Shown here piece by piece: positions 1 to 12,632 of a DNA stretch of 56,989 nucleotides. The translations under genes were made by a program, and so were the position numbers. The DNA comes from Ancylonema sp. (lineage: Eukaryota), in the NCBI GenBank assembly GCA_050230475.1, contig JBFLGF010000219.1, positions 1 to 56,989 on the forward strand, given 5' to 3'. The notes below the pieces were generated by a model. The model was given only the letters and a program-made list of their open reading frames with translations. It was not told the origin of the DNA and did not search any database. Every line of letters begins with the position of its first letter. The stretch's first letter is position 1.

Positions 1-75
1 AGAGAGTGAATCCTAACAATAGGATAGGGACACGAACTAGAGGAGCACTAGTGACAAAAGGGAGTGGTCCTAACA
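1..75 (+). mobile_element. LTR 3'-end-like sequence (...TCCTAACA), two copies (1-18 and 61-75)
   Basis: 1-18 AGAGAGTGAATCCTAACA matches 1731-1748 AGAGAGTGGATCCTAACA at 17/18, and similarity stops at the terminal CA. 61-75 GGAGTGGTCCTAACA is a further variant. Confidence 0.5.
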
Positions 76-500
76 CGAGGGGTCTGAAGGGCTTCTCTCG
101 CTGCTACGGTTAGAACTGGCACCCTTGTAGATTTGCGGCTGGCAACCGCCGTGAGCGCTGGTCGATGGTAGGTGATGGCCATCGTCTAGTATTTATAATC
201 GGGGGAGATCTGAGAGCGCAGCTTCTTCCTAGCCTGCGCCGACATCCCGTTCGCCCTCCTTTTCTGGATGGCCTTCGGAATCTGCTCCGGATGCTCCTTC
301 CAACATTGCGCGATTGTGTGGCATTCCTTCTTGCAGCCGGCACAAACCACATCCTTCGTCCGGTGTCCTGCCAGCGGGTCGACTTTCGTCGAGGCTGGAA
401 AGACCGGCTCCGCCTCCCTTGGGTTGGGGCAGTTCCTGGCAATGTGCCCTTCCTTCTGGCATCTGTGGCATCTCCTATTATCAGGTGTGCTGGGTTCTCC
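76..500 (-). mobile_element. Retroelement gag nucleocapsid fragment with two CCHC zinc knuckles
   Basis: ORF 186-578(-) has CHRCQKEGHIARNC and CAGCKKECHTIAQC (CX2CX4HX4C twice). The frame stays open past the TAG at 186-188 to about 76. Truncated by the N at 501. Confidence 0.75.
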
Positions 501-501
501 N
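501..501. other. Single N (probable contig join)
   Basis: N in the sequence; the gag-like frame loses recognisable homology across it. Confidence 0.6.
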
Positions 502-1014
502 AAGCGACACTCTTTTGTACTTAAGCACTTGAGAGGTGTCCTCTCAAGTGCTCTTATCAATTCATGTCTTTTACACATCGTGTTCTCTTCCTATTCCTAA
601 ACTCTGAGATGTGTGTGATTGTGCTTATTACAAGCAAGGCATTCCCGCTTAGGAGCTGCTTTACAGGGATGGGGATGCCCCTGCCGATGGGGTGAGTGGG
701 GGGGCACCCCCAGCCGGCCCGGGTGGAGGCCAGCCGCCTAGAGGGGGTGGGCCACCCGATCTAGGCCTACCGATAGATGGGATGGAGACCTTGAAGGAGG
801 CTAAGGAGGATGTTAATGAGGTTGATCCCAACATGCCTGACCTGCTGGTGTGCAAGGTGAGGTGTGCGGCTATCGAGAGAGTGAGGATGATGAGGAGGAG
901 ACGTTTGTGGACATCCCAATGGGTGTGGTTCCAGTTGGAGAGGGGGACATGAAGTGGAAGTTGCACAAGTGCCTTTATGGACTTAATCAATTCCCCAATT
1001 AGACCATCGACCTT

Positions 1015-1262
1015 GTGCTAAAGAAGGTGGGATTCGTAAAGTTCACCACCAAGCATGGCATCTACGCGAGGGAGGAAGGAGAGGATTGGATCAACAATGA
1101 CCTCTATTTTGATGACGAGCTGCTAGTGTGGGGGAAGGAGGGGAGCTTGATAGGAGTAAAGGAGAGCCTGTCAGATGGTATTCAGATCTTGGGAGTAGGC
1201 AAGACCCCTACGGGAGTGTATAGTGGCTAGAATTAACTTAGTCATATCGTTGAGAGGGGGAT
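1015..1262 (+). mobile_element. Degenerate Ty1/copia reverse transcriptase fragment and polypurine tract
   Basis: LKKVGF...HGIY...LYFDDELLVWG...IGVKESL resembles the copia RT block L..GF...LY...LYVDDLLI.G. Purine tract TGAGAGGGGGA at about 1251-1261 precedes TG at 1263. Confidence 0.65.
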
Positions 1263-1748
1263 TGTGAGCAAGGCAACAATAATGCCTAAGTAACGAACCA
1301 GTCGGTTGGGCAGCCAACCGCACCTAGTTGGAGGCTAGGTTGGTTATTAGATGTCGTGGTCCTTTGACCAAGTTTATTAGCTGTGGGATTTATTTATATT
1401 CGTTGGCTAGTGCGCACGAACGGGCATATTTAGAGACCGTATTGACTTGAGATATCTTTGACCAACGGTTCATATAGAGACTAAAGGTCCTCTGACAAGA
1501 TCATGAGGCGACCGACCAAAGTGTCGGGCACGAAACAAAGACCAGAATTGGTCTTTGGTAATTCTAATCTTTTATTCAGCAAATTCATGGCTGTCGAGTG
1601 TGGTGTGAATTATTGATGTGTATGGGCACTTTAAGAGATTCAAATTCAGAGTAAAAGTGTTTTCCATCGCAATGGATTCACTTCCATATCTAAGGTTAGG
1701 AACACTCTCTTTGGGTAATCTAATGACAATAGAGAGTGGATCCTAACA
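1263..1748 (+). mobile_element. Putative copia-family 3' LTR (486 bp, TG...CA)
   Basis: Follows the PPT, starts TGTGAG, and ends CCTAACA. The 5' terminus is supported by inverted homologous copies ending in ACA at 3283 and 52988; the 3' terminus by the match to 1-18. Confidence 0.65.
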
Positions 1749-2566
1749 GCCAGCCTCCTTCCATCGGCGGAATTTTCATATCATGATCATATCATATCAT
1801 AATTCGAAGCATTCTGCAACGTCCCTCACCCCATTTTTTTCCAACTATGGCTTCCATCCCAAAATGTCCCTCCTGCCCCCTTCCCCGGATTCCCGGACCC
1901 CTGCAGCCGACTCATATGTCCACCAGCTCCAGGAGGTTCAAGATATTTTGCAGCGGGAGCTCAAAAAATCCAGGGAGGCCATGGAACGCTCGATCAATCA
2001 GCGTCGCCGTGCGGCCCCGAATCTGGTGGTGGGCCAAAAAGTGTGGCTGCTGCGTCGCCACATACACACGACACGTCCTTCAAGCAAGCTGGATGTTCGT
2101 CGACTTGGCCCGTTTTCGATAGTGGACGAGATCGGATCATTGGCTTTTCGTCTCGCCTTGCCCTCTGCCATAAAGATCCATCCAATTTTCCATGTCAGCC
2201 TCTTGGAGCCTAACGTGGCGTGGCAAATTCTTTCCCATGCCGAATCGTGGCCCCTCCTCCAACAATCCAGGTGGACGGTGTTTGAAGTCAATTCTATCCT
2301 TGACTCCCGAATTCGGCGCCGCAAGTTGGAATACTACGTGGACTAGGTCGGCTACGACATTTCTGACCACTCGTGGGAGCCAGCTGTTGTTTTGACAAAT
2401 GCAAACGACGCAATCCAAGATTTTCACAACGGATTTCCATCTCGTCCCCGTCTACACGTGGCCTCCTCTTGATGGGGGGGTCCTGTTAGGCCCCACTCTC
2501 TATATACACTATTCCCACGAGCGTGCAATAAAGACGAGCCAGCACACTCTGTGGTCCTTGCCTACA
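1749..2566 (+). mobile_element. Ty3/gypsy chromovirus 3' part: integrase C-terminus, GPY/F module, chromodomain, PPT, short 3' LTR
   Basis: ASLLPSAEFSY...HNSKHSATSLTPFFSNYGFHP, KLDVRRLGPF, IHPIFHVSLLEP, and chromodomain FEVNSILDSRIRRRKLEYYVD*VGYDISDHSWEP (TAG at 2344-2346 where W is expected). PPT GATGGGGGGG at 2471-2480. LTR TGTTAGG...GCCTACA at 2484-2566. Confidence 0.88.
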
Positions 2567-3063
2567 TAGAGTTGTATTGTTGTAAATGATGAAAAATTAG
2601 GCGCAAAATAATGATGAATTAGCCTAGGCACTTCTCGATTGAACGGTGCGCCCCACCATCGGCGGCGCATGCCACGGAGCTCTCAAGGTTGGGAGGTGTA
2701 AATGCTTATAGTACATGGATGGCGTGGTCGGAACTTACGTCAAGACTCACGATGGTACACGACATACAACATTGTACACAAATCATATGATCCGTACAGC
2801 GTGCAAAATGTCTTGGGACGGAATAACTTTGTGTAGAATAAACATATCCGATTTCGCGTACATTTCGCTCGAGGAGTGCTCGTCTATTTCGTTTATGGTA
2901 TGAACGAACCCCATTCCGCCTAAAATTTCTCACAAAAGATACCGCAACGTGAGGGTGCAGCAAGTAAATAAATTCTTCATGCCATCATAAATCTTGACGA
3001 CATAATTCGTCACAGACAATACTTACTGAATGTGCCCATGACGTGATCTGCTGGTGCCTAAAA

Positions 3064-3064
3064 N
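3064..3064. other. Single N (probable contig join or ambiguous base)
   Basis: N in the sequence. Confidence 0.6.
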
Positions 3065-3195
3065 ATATCGTGTATCATTATTGTGAATGTTTTCATGTCA
3101 GCAGTAAGGCTGAGACGAACAGTTCGGGGTTGACCCGGATCTGGTTCAGTCAGGAATTTTGCAGGCCAAATGGCTGACTATTCTACAACCGACCA

Positions 3196-3283
3196 ATCTA
3201 ATCACAATAACTTATACCAACCTAGACTCGGGTGGCATCCCACCCGACTGGCTCACTTAGACGCTAGTGTTGTCTACCCAACA
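3196..3283 (-). mobile_element. Fragment of the 5' end of the 1263-1748 LTR family (inverted)
   Basis: CCAACCTAG...CGGGTGGCATCCCACCCGACTGG...CTTAG...TGTTG...ACA aligns with the reverse complement of 1263-1350. Confidence 0.6.
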
Positions 3284-3287
3284 TTGC

Positions 3288-3403
3288 ATCTTACTATTCG
3301 GGCAAAACTATGGCTACCACGTGCGTGCTGTAGCGAATAAATGTATGGGCATTATCGATAAGACTCAATACGTGTACACCTAAGGATTGCATAGACATGG
3401 ATC
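3288..3403 (+). repeat. LTR-family internal motif (homologous to 1562-1680)
   Basis: TATTCGGGCAAAACTATGGCT...ATGTATGGGCA...CATGGATCC versus TATTCAGCAAATTCATGGCT...GTGTATGGGCA...AATGGATTC. Confidence 0.6.
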
Positions 3404-3821
3404 CTTATCCTACATAAAATGTCTTGGGACGGATTAATTTCGAGTGGAGTAAACATCTCCGCTTTCGTGGACATTCCGCTCGAGTGCTCGTTTATCTAGT
3501 TTATGGTATGAAGTTCATACTATGAACGAACCTTATTTCGCGTGAAGTCGCCTCTAGTTCACAAAACATACCATAACGTTAGGGTGCAGCAAGTAAGTAG
3601 TAGCAAAACTACTAATGGCCTAATAAATCTTGACGAATCTTCCAGGACGGATCTTCGAGTCATTCCCGTAAGAATCCCGCTCAAAAACATCTTGCTCAGT
3701 GTGAACGGGAACGTGATTATTCAAATCGCCGAACTTCCGGACGTTTCCGGACTCTCGGACGCGTTCGGATAACCGGAAAATTTTCCGGAGCCTCTCTATG
3801 ATGACAAAACAATTTAATGTG

Positions 3822-3852
3822 GACACGTGGCAACGATGGAACCCACCACGTG
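3822..3852 (+). promoter_or_regulatory. Candidate ABRE/G-box pair upstream of the PDR gene
   Basis: GACACGTGGC (3822-3831) and CACGTG (3847-3852), about 730-760 bp before the ATG. Motif match only. Confidence 0.25.
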
Positions 3853-4580
3853 AACCGCGAACCACCTTCAACGACCTTAATTAAATTCAACGGCTGAAGC
3901 GTATTGTTCCTGACCGGCCATTTGCATCCCTGCCATCCAATGTGAATGACGCCAGGAAGTATCAAAGGAACACAGAGGCAGTACATTGCAACTAAACAAA
4001 TAAATTTGTACAAATACTTATTTTACAAGTGGTAAAATGTTGGTCCTAATCAAGCTGAAAAGCTGCAACGAGTCCGGTGCCTTCGCAACAGGTTCGCGAC
4101 TCCGGGCTGAGAGTCGCGGAAGTTTCGCTTCTCTTGAATTTGACGGTCGACGCCATCTGTTGCAGCCGGCCGTTCCATCGCGTAACTTGTTGCTGGGTTC
4201 CTGGGCATTTCCTCGACGGCTGGCAAGATCTCCAGCCGGCTGGTTGTCATGTGGCCCGAAACCGGACACGAAGGACCAGTGCTGACCAAAGGGGAGTCGC
4301 AGGGCGACGTCATCAATGACGATGGTATTTGCCGCAGAAATCTCTTGCGAGCCCGCACCTGCGTTTCCGATCAGAAAACTTGTGGTACACACTGTTCTCC
4401 AGGCCAACAACGTCCACGCTCACTCGAACATACTCAGACGCATCTGACCACGGGTTGCCGCACACACATAGAAAGAAAAGGAATCGGAGGATTTGTTGTC
4501 ACCTACTTCTGATTCGGACCGCACGTTTCTTGCCTTGACGGCGTTTTACTGCTCCTCTTGGCTCTTGGCATCCCGCCACC

Positions 4581-7500
4581 ATGCCTGAACCAACAGGTGA
4601 TGTGGTGGCCGATGCTGCCGACCATTTACGATCAAGTGGCCAGCACCGGACTGTCCAAATCGGCCTCTCCAACCTATTACCTCACGAAGCCCCTGCCCAC
4701 TCAGGTATGCTGCTCTTTGCCTCGTTTCACGTCAACCGATTGTCCACTTCCAAATGGTTAGCTTCATCAAGCGCAATAAGATGACACCCAATGTATTATG
4801 ATTACATTCCGATTCTAGTTCGCCAACGATACAATGCAAGATATGTGGAGGTCTCTGCTCCCCTTTCAGAAATCGAAAAATATGCGCAGCAATCTCTACA
4901 AATATGACAATTGAACACCGCAGATACGTTTTAAAATTGTTAGGCATTGTTTTTGAGGAAAAGAAGCACCTGATTAGGGATCAATCGTCTTTAATTTTTG
5001 AACCTACCCCATCTCTATATTCGTGTCCGCAGCTGCGGGAGAGCGGGATGACGAGGCGCTGAAGTGGGCTGCCCTTGAACGCCTGCCAACATTCGAGCGC
5101 CTAAAGACTGCTATCATCAGTAGGGTACGTTTCTGCGTTCTGCTCTGACCGGAGGTGGTACAAGTCGCATTCATGACTGTCGGCATATTCGATCGAGAGA
5201 TCCATGATACTAAACCAAAGTTCAATAGTATACCACAGAAGGATCCTCGACACTTCACATCAGTACTTCGGCGATTGACTCCCAAGAAAAATGCCGACAT
5301 GGTGTGCAATGTGAAGGCAGAGCAATCAAGCAGTGTAGTATCTGGACATTGACACGGACACTAACGTTATCAATGGATTTCACTATCGTCACAGGTCTTG
5401 AAGGATGGGTCTATCGTTCCCAGTGAGGTGAATGTCGCCAACCTGACCAATGCTGAGCGCACGAAGCTGGTGGAGCTGGCTCTGGAAACCCACGATCAGG
5501 ACAATGAGATTCTTCTCAGGAAGATGCGTGAGCGAATGGACAGGTGCAACCATAGCCCTGGTGTCCAGAGCGAAAGTCCGATCATGAGGGGCGCTCTTGT
5601 GTAGATCTGTGTTACACTGAATATTGGTGGCTCAGGGGATAATGGCTGCTCGATTTTTGTGGTGGTTCCAAAGTGCTCTTCAATCTCTTTGGTCTGGGTG
5701 AGGGGGAAGGATAGTGGGCTGACAATATCTTTTCCGATCCTGGGTTGCAGAGTTGGTGTGGACTTTCCGACGGTGGAGGTTCGGTTTGACAACATTAATA
5801 TCGAAGCCGGAGTGTATGTCGGCAACCGTGCCTTGCCGACTCTCATCAACTACTCCCGGAACGTGGTCGATGTAAGTGAGGGTCAGGGAGGCGTATTACG
5901 ATCGTTTTAATGAGGGAAGGCTAGAAAATGGGAAGCAGAGTGAGAAGTGCTGCTGGGTCGAAAAAGTGAGAGAAGAGGAGAGATTGAGGATGCTCTCGAA
6001 CGTGTCACAGGTGTATTAGAAGTGTGTGAGAAGCAGGGTTCATCCATTTGATTGATAGGTGGAAATGTATTTGGTGGGTGTGTGACAGTCGATCCTGGTG
6101 TCCCTGAGGTTGATACCCGACAACCGCCGCCGCTTCCCCATTCTGCACAACGTGCGCGGGGTGCTCAAGCCTGGCAGGTATGTCTCTTCTGGACCAGAAG
6201 GATGCAGGTTGAAAAGGGGTCAGTCAGGTCGGCTGGAAGAGGTGCCCTGAGAGTTATGAAGAAAATGGATGGGTGTGTTTCTGTTGAGGAGAGGGGATGG
6301 AAGTGGAATTCGTGTCACTTCTCCCATGATCTGAAGGGGTGGTCGGATTGTTGTGTGGTTGTCAGGATGACTCTTCTGTTGGGTCCTCCTGGTGCTGGGA
6401 AATCAACACTCATGAAGACGCTGGCAGGACAGATGGACAAAGACCTCAAGGTATGCACCACCTATTCAGACCCATTCTCCATTTCACAACTGAACAGTAC
6501 CTTTCATTGTATCCTTGGTGGTCGTTTCAAAACACCCTGATTGAGCAGTTCACCTCCTTCTCACCTCCTGCGACCTGTTGGTATGTACAGTTTGAAGGCA
6601 ACATCTCCTACAACGGCCATGAGATGCATGAGTTCATCCCCGTACGCACAGCAGCCTATGTGCCTCAGGACGACATACACATCGGGGAGATGACTGTGCG
6701 AGAAACATTGGACTTCTCTGCCTGCGTGCAAGGAGCAGGGTTCAGAGCCGGTGAGTGTGACCTGGTTCCGTTCTACTAGAAGAGAGAGATGGTGACTAAG
6801 TAGTGACAAAAGTGAGATAATTGTAATGAAAGAGAGACTGATCAAGTGTGGATTTGGTGGTTGGTGTTTCAGACATGGGCCGTCAGCTGGAGCAGCGTGA
6901 GAGGGAGAGTGGCATCAAACCGGACCCAACCATGGATGCTTATGTGAAGGGGTTGCGAGTGGAGGGGAAAGACGCCCACCTCATCACAGAATACGTCCTT
7001 AAAGTATGTTCTCCCTTACACTCCTGTACTTACCACACTAATGCATCCATCATGCAGTGTACCAATTTTACCAGCTTCTCTTTCAGACATGACACAGAGA
7101 CATCTATATGTGCATAGGTTTTACATGACATACATGGCATCCCTGTCTAACGCATGCTGGGTGGTGGGTCTGGTTCCAGGTGCTGGGTCTGGACGTGTGC
7201 GCCGACACTCTGGTGGGCAATGAGATGATTCGCGGAATCTCTGGAGGTCAGAAGAAGCGAGTGACGACGGGGGAGATGATTGTGGGTCCCAAACAAGTCT
7301 TATTTGCGGACGAGATTTCCACTGGCCTGGACTCCTCCACCACCTTCAACATCACCAAGTGCCTGCGAAACTTCACCCACTTCCAGAACGCTACCGTGCT
7401 GGTCGCTCTCCTGCAGCCTGCTCCTGAGACATACAACCTCTTTGACGATGTCCTCCTGCTGGCAGAGGGACACGTCGTCTTCCACGGTCCCCTCCCTGAG

Positions 7501-10500
7501 ATCGTGACCTTCTTCGAGGCTCAGGGATTCTACTGCCCAGACCGCAAGGGAGTGGCGGATTTCCTCCAGGAGGTGACGTCACTCAAGGATCAGGAGCAGT
7601 ACTGGCGACGTGACAGTCCCTACCGCTACGTCCCAGTGGCCGCTTTCAGTGAAGCTTTTGCGGCCACCAAGCTGGGCCAAGAAGTAGACACCACCCTACG
7701 CACTCCATTCGCAAAGGAGAAGGGCCATCCCATGGCTCTCGTCCCCCCCTCCCAGCGCTTCGGCCTCCAACGTAAGCAGCTCTTCAAGGCGCTGTTCGAG
7801 CGGGAGTGGCTGCTGATGAAGCGTAACAGTTTCCTGTACATCGCACAGACCATCAACAGCGCCATCATGGCTCTCATCACAGCCACAGTTTTCTTCCGAA
7901 CTACCCTGAATTCGCACAGCATTGTGACTGGGAACTCGTATCTGGGTGCCATCTTCTTCGCGCTCATCAGCATGCTCTTCAACGGGTTTGCAGAGATGTC
8001 TCTCCTCGTCATGCGTCTCCCCGTGTTCTACAAACAACGCGATCAGTACTTGTTTCCTGCATGGGCGTACGCCATCCCCATGTGGATCCTCTCCATCCCC
8101 TTCTCTCTCTGGATTTCCATGGTGTGGTGTGTGCTCACATATTACATCATCGGCTTCTCCCCAGGGCCTGATCGCTTCTTCAAGCAATGGCTGGCGCTTT
8201 TCCTCATCCATCAGGTGGCTATCGGCATGTTCCGAAATATCGGGGGGGTGGGGAGGACGATGGTCATTTCAAACACCTTTGGTGCCTTTACCCTCATCGT
8301 GCTGTTCTGCCTGGGAGGGTTTGTGCTCGCCAAGAACGACATCCACCCCTACTGGATTTGGGGCTTCTGGCTCTCCCCTCTCGCCTATGGAGAGAATGCG
8401 CTCACCAACAACGAATTCACGGCTCCTCGCTGGCAATCGGTACGTGGTACCTTCATTTATAGATATGGTGATGTTTATGGTTACATTTATGCTTATGTTA
8501 CAGGGTTAGAGATAGAAGTTTGAGGATCATGAACTGACATGTGTGTCTTTGGTGTACAGGCTGTGGATCCTGTCTACGCAAACTACCCCGGACAGACTTT
8601 CGGAAGCTTCATCCTGTCAGAGCGATCCCTCTTCCAGGCGCCCTACTTCTACTGGATCGGAGTGGGGGCTCTGGCCGCATACGTCATCCTCTTCAACTTC
8701 CTTCTGGGCACAGTGGTGCTCCGATTCCTGGACCCTCTGGGACAGCCGCAGCCCGTCATATCTGAGGATTCTATTCTGGACCGTCACGCTGCACGTACCG
8801 GGGAGATGGGGGGGAAGTCGAGGGGTGCTGGATCGCGTGCATCCAAGAGGGCGTCTGGACTTGGGAGTGGGTTGAACAAGTTCCGAGGCAGCAGTGGTGA
8901 GTGCAACAGTTCGGAAATGCGGAGTTTTCGAATTGTGGAATTGTGAAATTATGGAACTGGGGAATTGTGGAATTGTGGAATTGAGGAATGGTGGGACTTT
9001 GGGGGTGTAAAAATCTAATTTTGTGGAATCGTGATGTTATGTAATCCTGGGTTGTAATGGAAGTATGAATGGATTACTGATGAACATCTGTTGTGTCCTG
9101 TTCTGTCAGTGCGCATGCCCAGCCAGCACATGGAGGGTGGGGAGAAGGACGAGGCAGCTGTGAATGCGGCCAACCTGGTAGAGGCGGGAGACATGTCACG
9201 CAGGGGAATGGTGCTGCCCTTTGAACCCCTCTCCCTCTCCTTCCACAACGTCAACTACTACGTAGACATGCCCGCGGAAATGAAGGTGGCGGGATCCTCA
9301 GAGGACCGCCTGCAGCTCCTACGCAACGTCTCTGGAGCATTCCGCCCCAAGATTCTGACGGCGCTGGTGGGTGTGTCTGGAGCTGGGAAGACTACTCTCA
9401 TGGATGTGCTGGCTGGACGAAAGACGGGGGGTTACATCGAGGGAGAGATCCGCGTGGGTGGGTATCCCAAGGTTCAGGAAACTTTCGCACGTATCGCCGG
9501 GTACTGCGAGCAGAACGACATCCACTCCCCCCAAGTCACGGTGCACGAGTCGCTCATCTACTCTGCCTGGCTGCGACTTCCGGCTGCCATCGATAAGGAG
9601 ACGAGGGAGGAGTTTGTGGAGGAGGTGATGGAGCTGGTGGAGTTGGACAACCTGAGGGGGGCGCTGGTGGGTCTGCCAAGTGTCACTGGTCTGTCCACGG
9701 AGCAACGTAAGAGACTCACGATCGCAGTGGAACTGGTGGCCAACCCTTCCATCATCTTCATGGATGAACCCACTTCGGGACTGGACGCTCGAGCTGCCGC
9801 TATTGTGATGAGAGCTGTGCGCAATACAGTCGATACGGGTCGTACGGTAGTGTGCACCATCCACCAACCGTCCATCGACATCTTCGAAGCCTTCGATGAG
9901 CTGCTGCTGATGAAGCGCGGAGGGCAGGTGATCTACATGGGACCTCTGGGAACTAATTCCCAATTCATGGTCGACTACTTCCAGTCTGTAGAGGGAGTGC
10001 CCACCATCACAGAGGGCTACAATCCCGCCACGTGGATGCTCGAAGTGTCAGCTCCAGCAGCAGCAGAGAAACTGGGAGTGGACTTTGCGGATGTGATTGC
10101 CAAGTCAGAGAGCAATCGCCTGAACGAGGAGCTCATCGCCTCTCTTAAGACACCCCCTGAAGGCCATGCGGATCTGCACTTCGACTCCAAGTACAGCACC
10201 AGTCTGTGGACGCAGTTCTATGCCTGTCTCTGGAAACGCAGCCGCATGTATTGGCGTGCGCCAGACTACAATGTGGTGCGATACTTCTTCTGCATCGTCA
10301 TGGGGCTGCTGCTGGGATCCGTCTTCTTCGGTCTCGGCATCAAGCGCAAGCAGCAGCAGAATGTGCTCAACGTCATGGGAGCTCTCTACACTGCTTCCCT
10401 CTTCCTGGGATGGAACAACGCGGCTTCTGTGCAGCCCATCATTGGTGTGGAGCGCACAGTCATGTACCGCGAGAGAGCAGCAGGGCTGTATGCAGGCATG

Positions 10501-11311
10501 CCCTATGCCCTCGCACAAGGGGTGATCGAGATCCCCTACGTGTTTGTGCCGACCCTTGTGTACAGCTCCATCACATATGCCCTCATCCACTTTGAGTGGA
10601 GAGCCCCCGAGTTCTTTTGGTACACGCTCTACATGTTCCTCACCCTCCTCTACTTTACGTACTATGGGCTGATGGCCATCGCCATCACGCCCACTGAGCA
10701 GCTGGCTATGGTGGTGTCCGCCTTCTTCTTCTCCCTCTGGAATCTGTTTTCTGGTTTCCTCGTCTCCCGCCCCGTAAGCCCCCCATCCCCCCCTTCTCTA
10801 TCTCCTTCTTTCTCCACCTCTTGCACACTCGACTCAGTTTCTTTGATCAGTCTAGTGAGGAGAATGGCTGAGTGATTATGTTTTGTGATGTTGTGCGTTT
10901 CAGAACATTCCTGCCTGGTGGAGATGGTACTACTTCATCAACCCCGTGGCATGGACTCTCTATGGACTGGTCACCTCTCAGGTACGCACCTCCCAGCCAG
11001 CCAATCACCAATTCCCATCTGTATTCCTTGTGCATTTATGTACTCGTAACACTTGTATAGTTGCCCTTTTCGGTGCATGTGTTGACTGTTTGGGGTACCT
11101 TTATGGGGTGGTACAGTTGGGAGACGTGGAGTCGACCATCAATCAGCCTGGAGTGACTCCGGATCAGTCTGTCAGCGCCTACATTCACGACTACTTTGGA
11201 TATGACCATAGCATGCTGGGTCCGATTGTGGCTATCCTGTTTGCCTTTGTATGCATGTTCTTCATTGTGTTCGCGTATGCTATTCAGAAGATCAACTTCC
11301 AAGTGAGGTAA
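4581..11311 (+). CDS. PDR: Full-size ABCG / pleiotropic drug resistance (PDR) transporter, 13 exons
   Basis: Exons 4581-4704, 5033-5124, 5395-5543, 5751-5871, 6089-6177, 6366-6450, 6591-6750, 6873-7003, 7180-8439, 8560-8896, 9110-10773, 10904-10981, 11117-11311; all GT-AG and phase-consistent. Motifs [90 protein letters not shown] order. Confidence 0.96.
8930..8995. repeat. Intronic degenerate 8-bp tandem repeat (GGAATTGT)
   Basis: GAATTGTG-like units repeated about 8 times in PDR intron 10. Confidence 0.8.
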
Positions 11312-12480
11312 AAAGAGGTCGTGGCATTGTCACCCCTGATAAGGCTGAGAATAGATAGAAAAAGTGGGGGCATAGATTAATTGTGGTGTTGATGTATGCT
11401 CTGGGGAGAATGGGAGTGGAAGTTATAAAAAGGATCAGAATATATATGTATCTGTAGTTTATATGAGTCGGGTAGATGAAGTATTTGAATAAAAGCACAT
11501 CCGATGTGCAGTTCCTTATGAACGAAAACGTTTGAAGCTACCTATGGTTTATAAAATTCAATCAGTATTGGATAATTGTCTTCTACAATTTGCTCCTACA
11601 AACATTAACTTTTGTTTTTTGTTTTGTTTTTTGTCTTCTGTTTTTTTCATGGTTGTATTGCTGTATACTGTTTCTCCATTTCATAGCAAATGCAAAGCAA
11701 AGCTGTTGACGAATATATTGCATGTAAATAAAAAGATTGAGAATGATCACATCGAAAACTCAAAGTTGACAGAATCATCTGCATGATCTCTATTCATTAT
11801 GGCTTTTGAGAACATGTTGTTGTTATGTAAGAAAACGAGCATAATGGACATGCTGATGTTTGTGTCATGCAAGCAATCAAAAGTGTGCACTTTCCATTAA
11901 TGCTTACTTTCCATGTACATGTCGAGAACCCATGCAAACAACGTGGGGATAGGAAGGAGATTTGTCCTTCTCCCCATTCCTACGACAGAGAAAGCATGCC
12001 TGGGGATGGTCTCCATTACCTTATGACTGCCCTGCGACGAGTTCCAGATTGCGCCCCTCCCTACATGTCATCCTCTATCCTATGTCGAATTGTTCTCGCT
12101 GGTCGCTGCCCTTCCTCCCCCACCTCTCTTCCCTCTCTGGCATGCACCTCTGCGTAACTACCCCCAGATATGGTCCTAGCCCCCTGTCCCACCGACGTGG
12201 CTCTCCCCTGACCCCGTCTGCGATCGTCCTTGGCGGTAGGGTGAGGGTGGGAAGGTGGCTGCATCCAGCCCTGTGCCCATGGAGGGGCGGCGGCTGATGG
12301 ACTCGCCCCCCCCCCTGCCTGGAAGGCAATAAAGTTCAAAAGTTGTGCATAAATTTTACTATGTTTCACAATTTGTTCTCATTTGCTAACGCAATTGAAT
12401 ATGATACGAAAGACAAACAATCACTCAATTCTTGGATTCATGTGGAGTGTGCATGGTGTTTAATATGATAATATGCATTG

Positions 12481-12632
12481 ACATGTACATGTACATGTAC
12501 ATGTACATATTGAGATGAACATAGACATGAGAGGCAAATTTACAATCATGTGGAACCACAATATCCCGTAGACATTTCACCCGAACGTCCTCAATTTCAA
12601 CGACATAGCAATCTCATCTCATCTCATCTCAT
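12481..12632. repeat. Microsatellites (ACATGT)n and (ATCTC)n downstream of Sec5
   Basis: ACATGT repeated more than four times at 12481-12508; ATCTC four times at 12612-12632. Confidence 0.85.

Larger units (their letters stand above)
2805..3636. repeat. Diverged direct repeat pair (2805-3000 and 3416-3636)
   Basis: Collinear shared blocks AAAATGTCTTGGGACGGA, GTTTATGGTATGAA, AGGGTGCAGCAAGTAA, ATAAATCTTGACGA. Confidence 0.8.

Noticed and set aside
1..1748. One intact small LTR element bounded by 1-18 and 1263-1748
   Set aside because: No recognisable PBS, an opposite-strand gag fragment inside, and an N at 501 that breaks continuity.
7248..10595. Many long antisense or alternate-frame ORFs over PDR (similarly over GWD, ATPase, AP3B)
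   Set aside because: Expected by-product of GC-rich codon usage; no recognisable domains.
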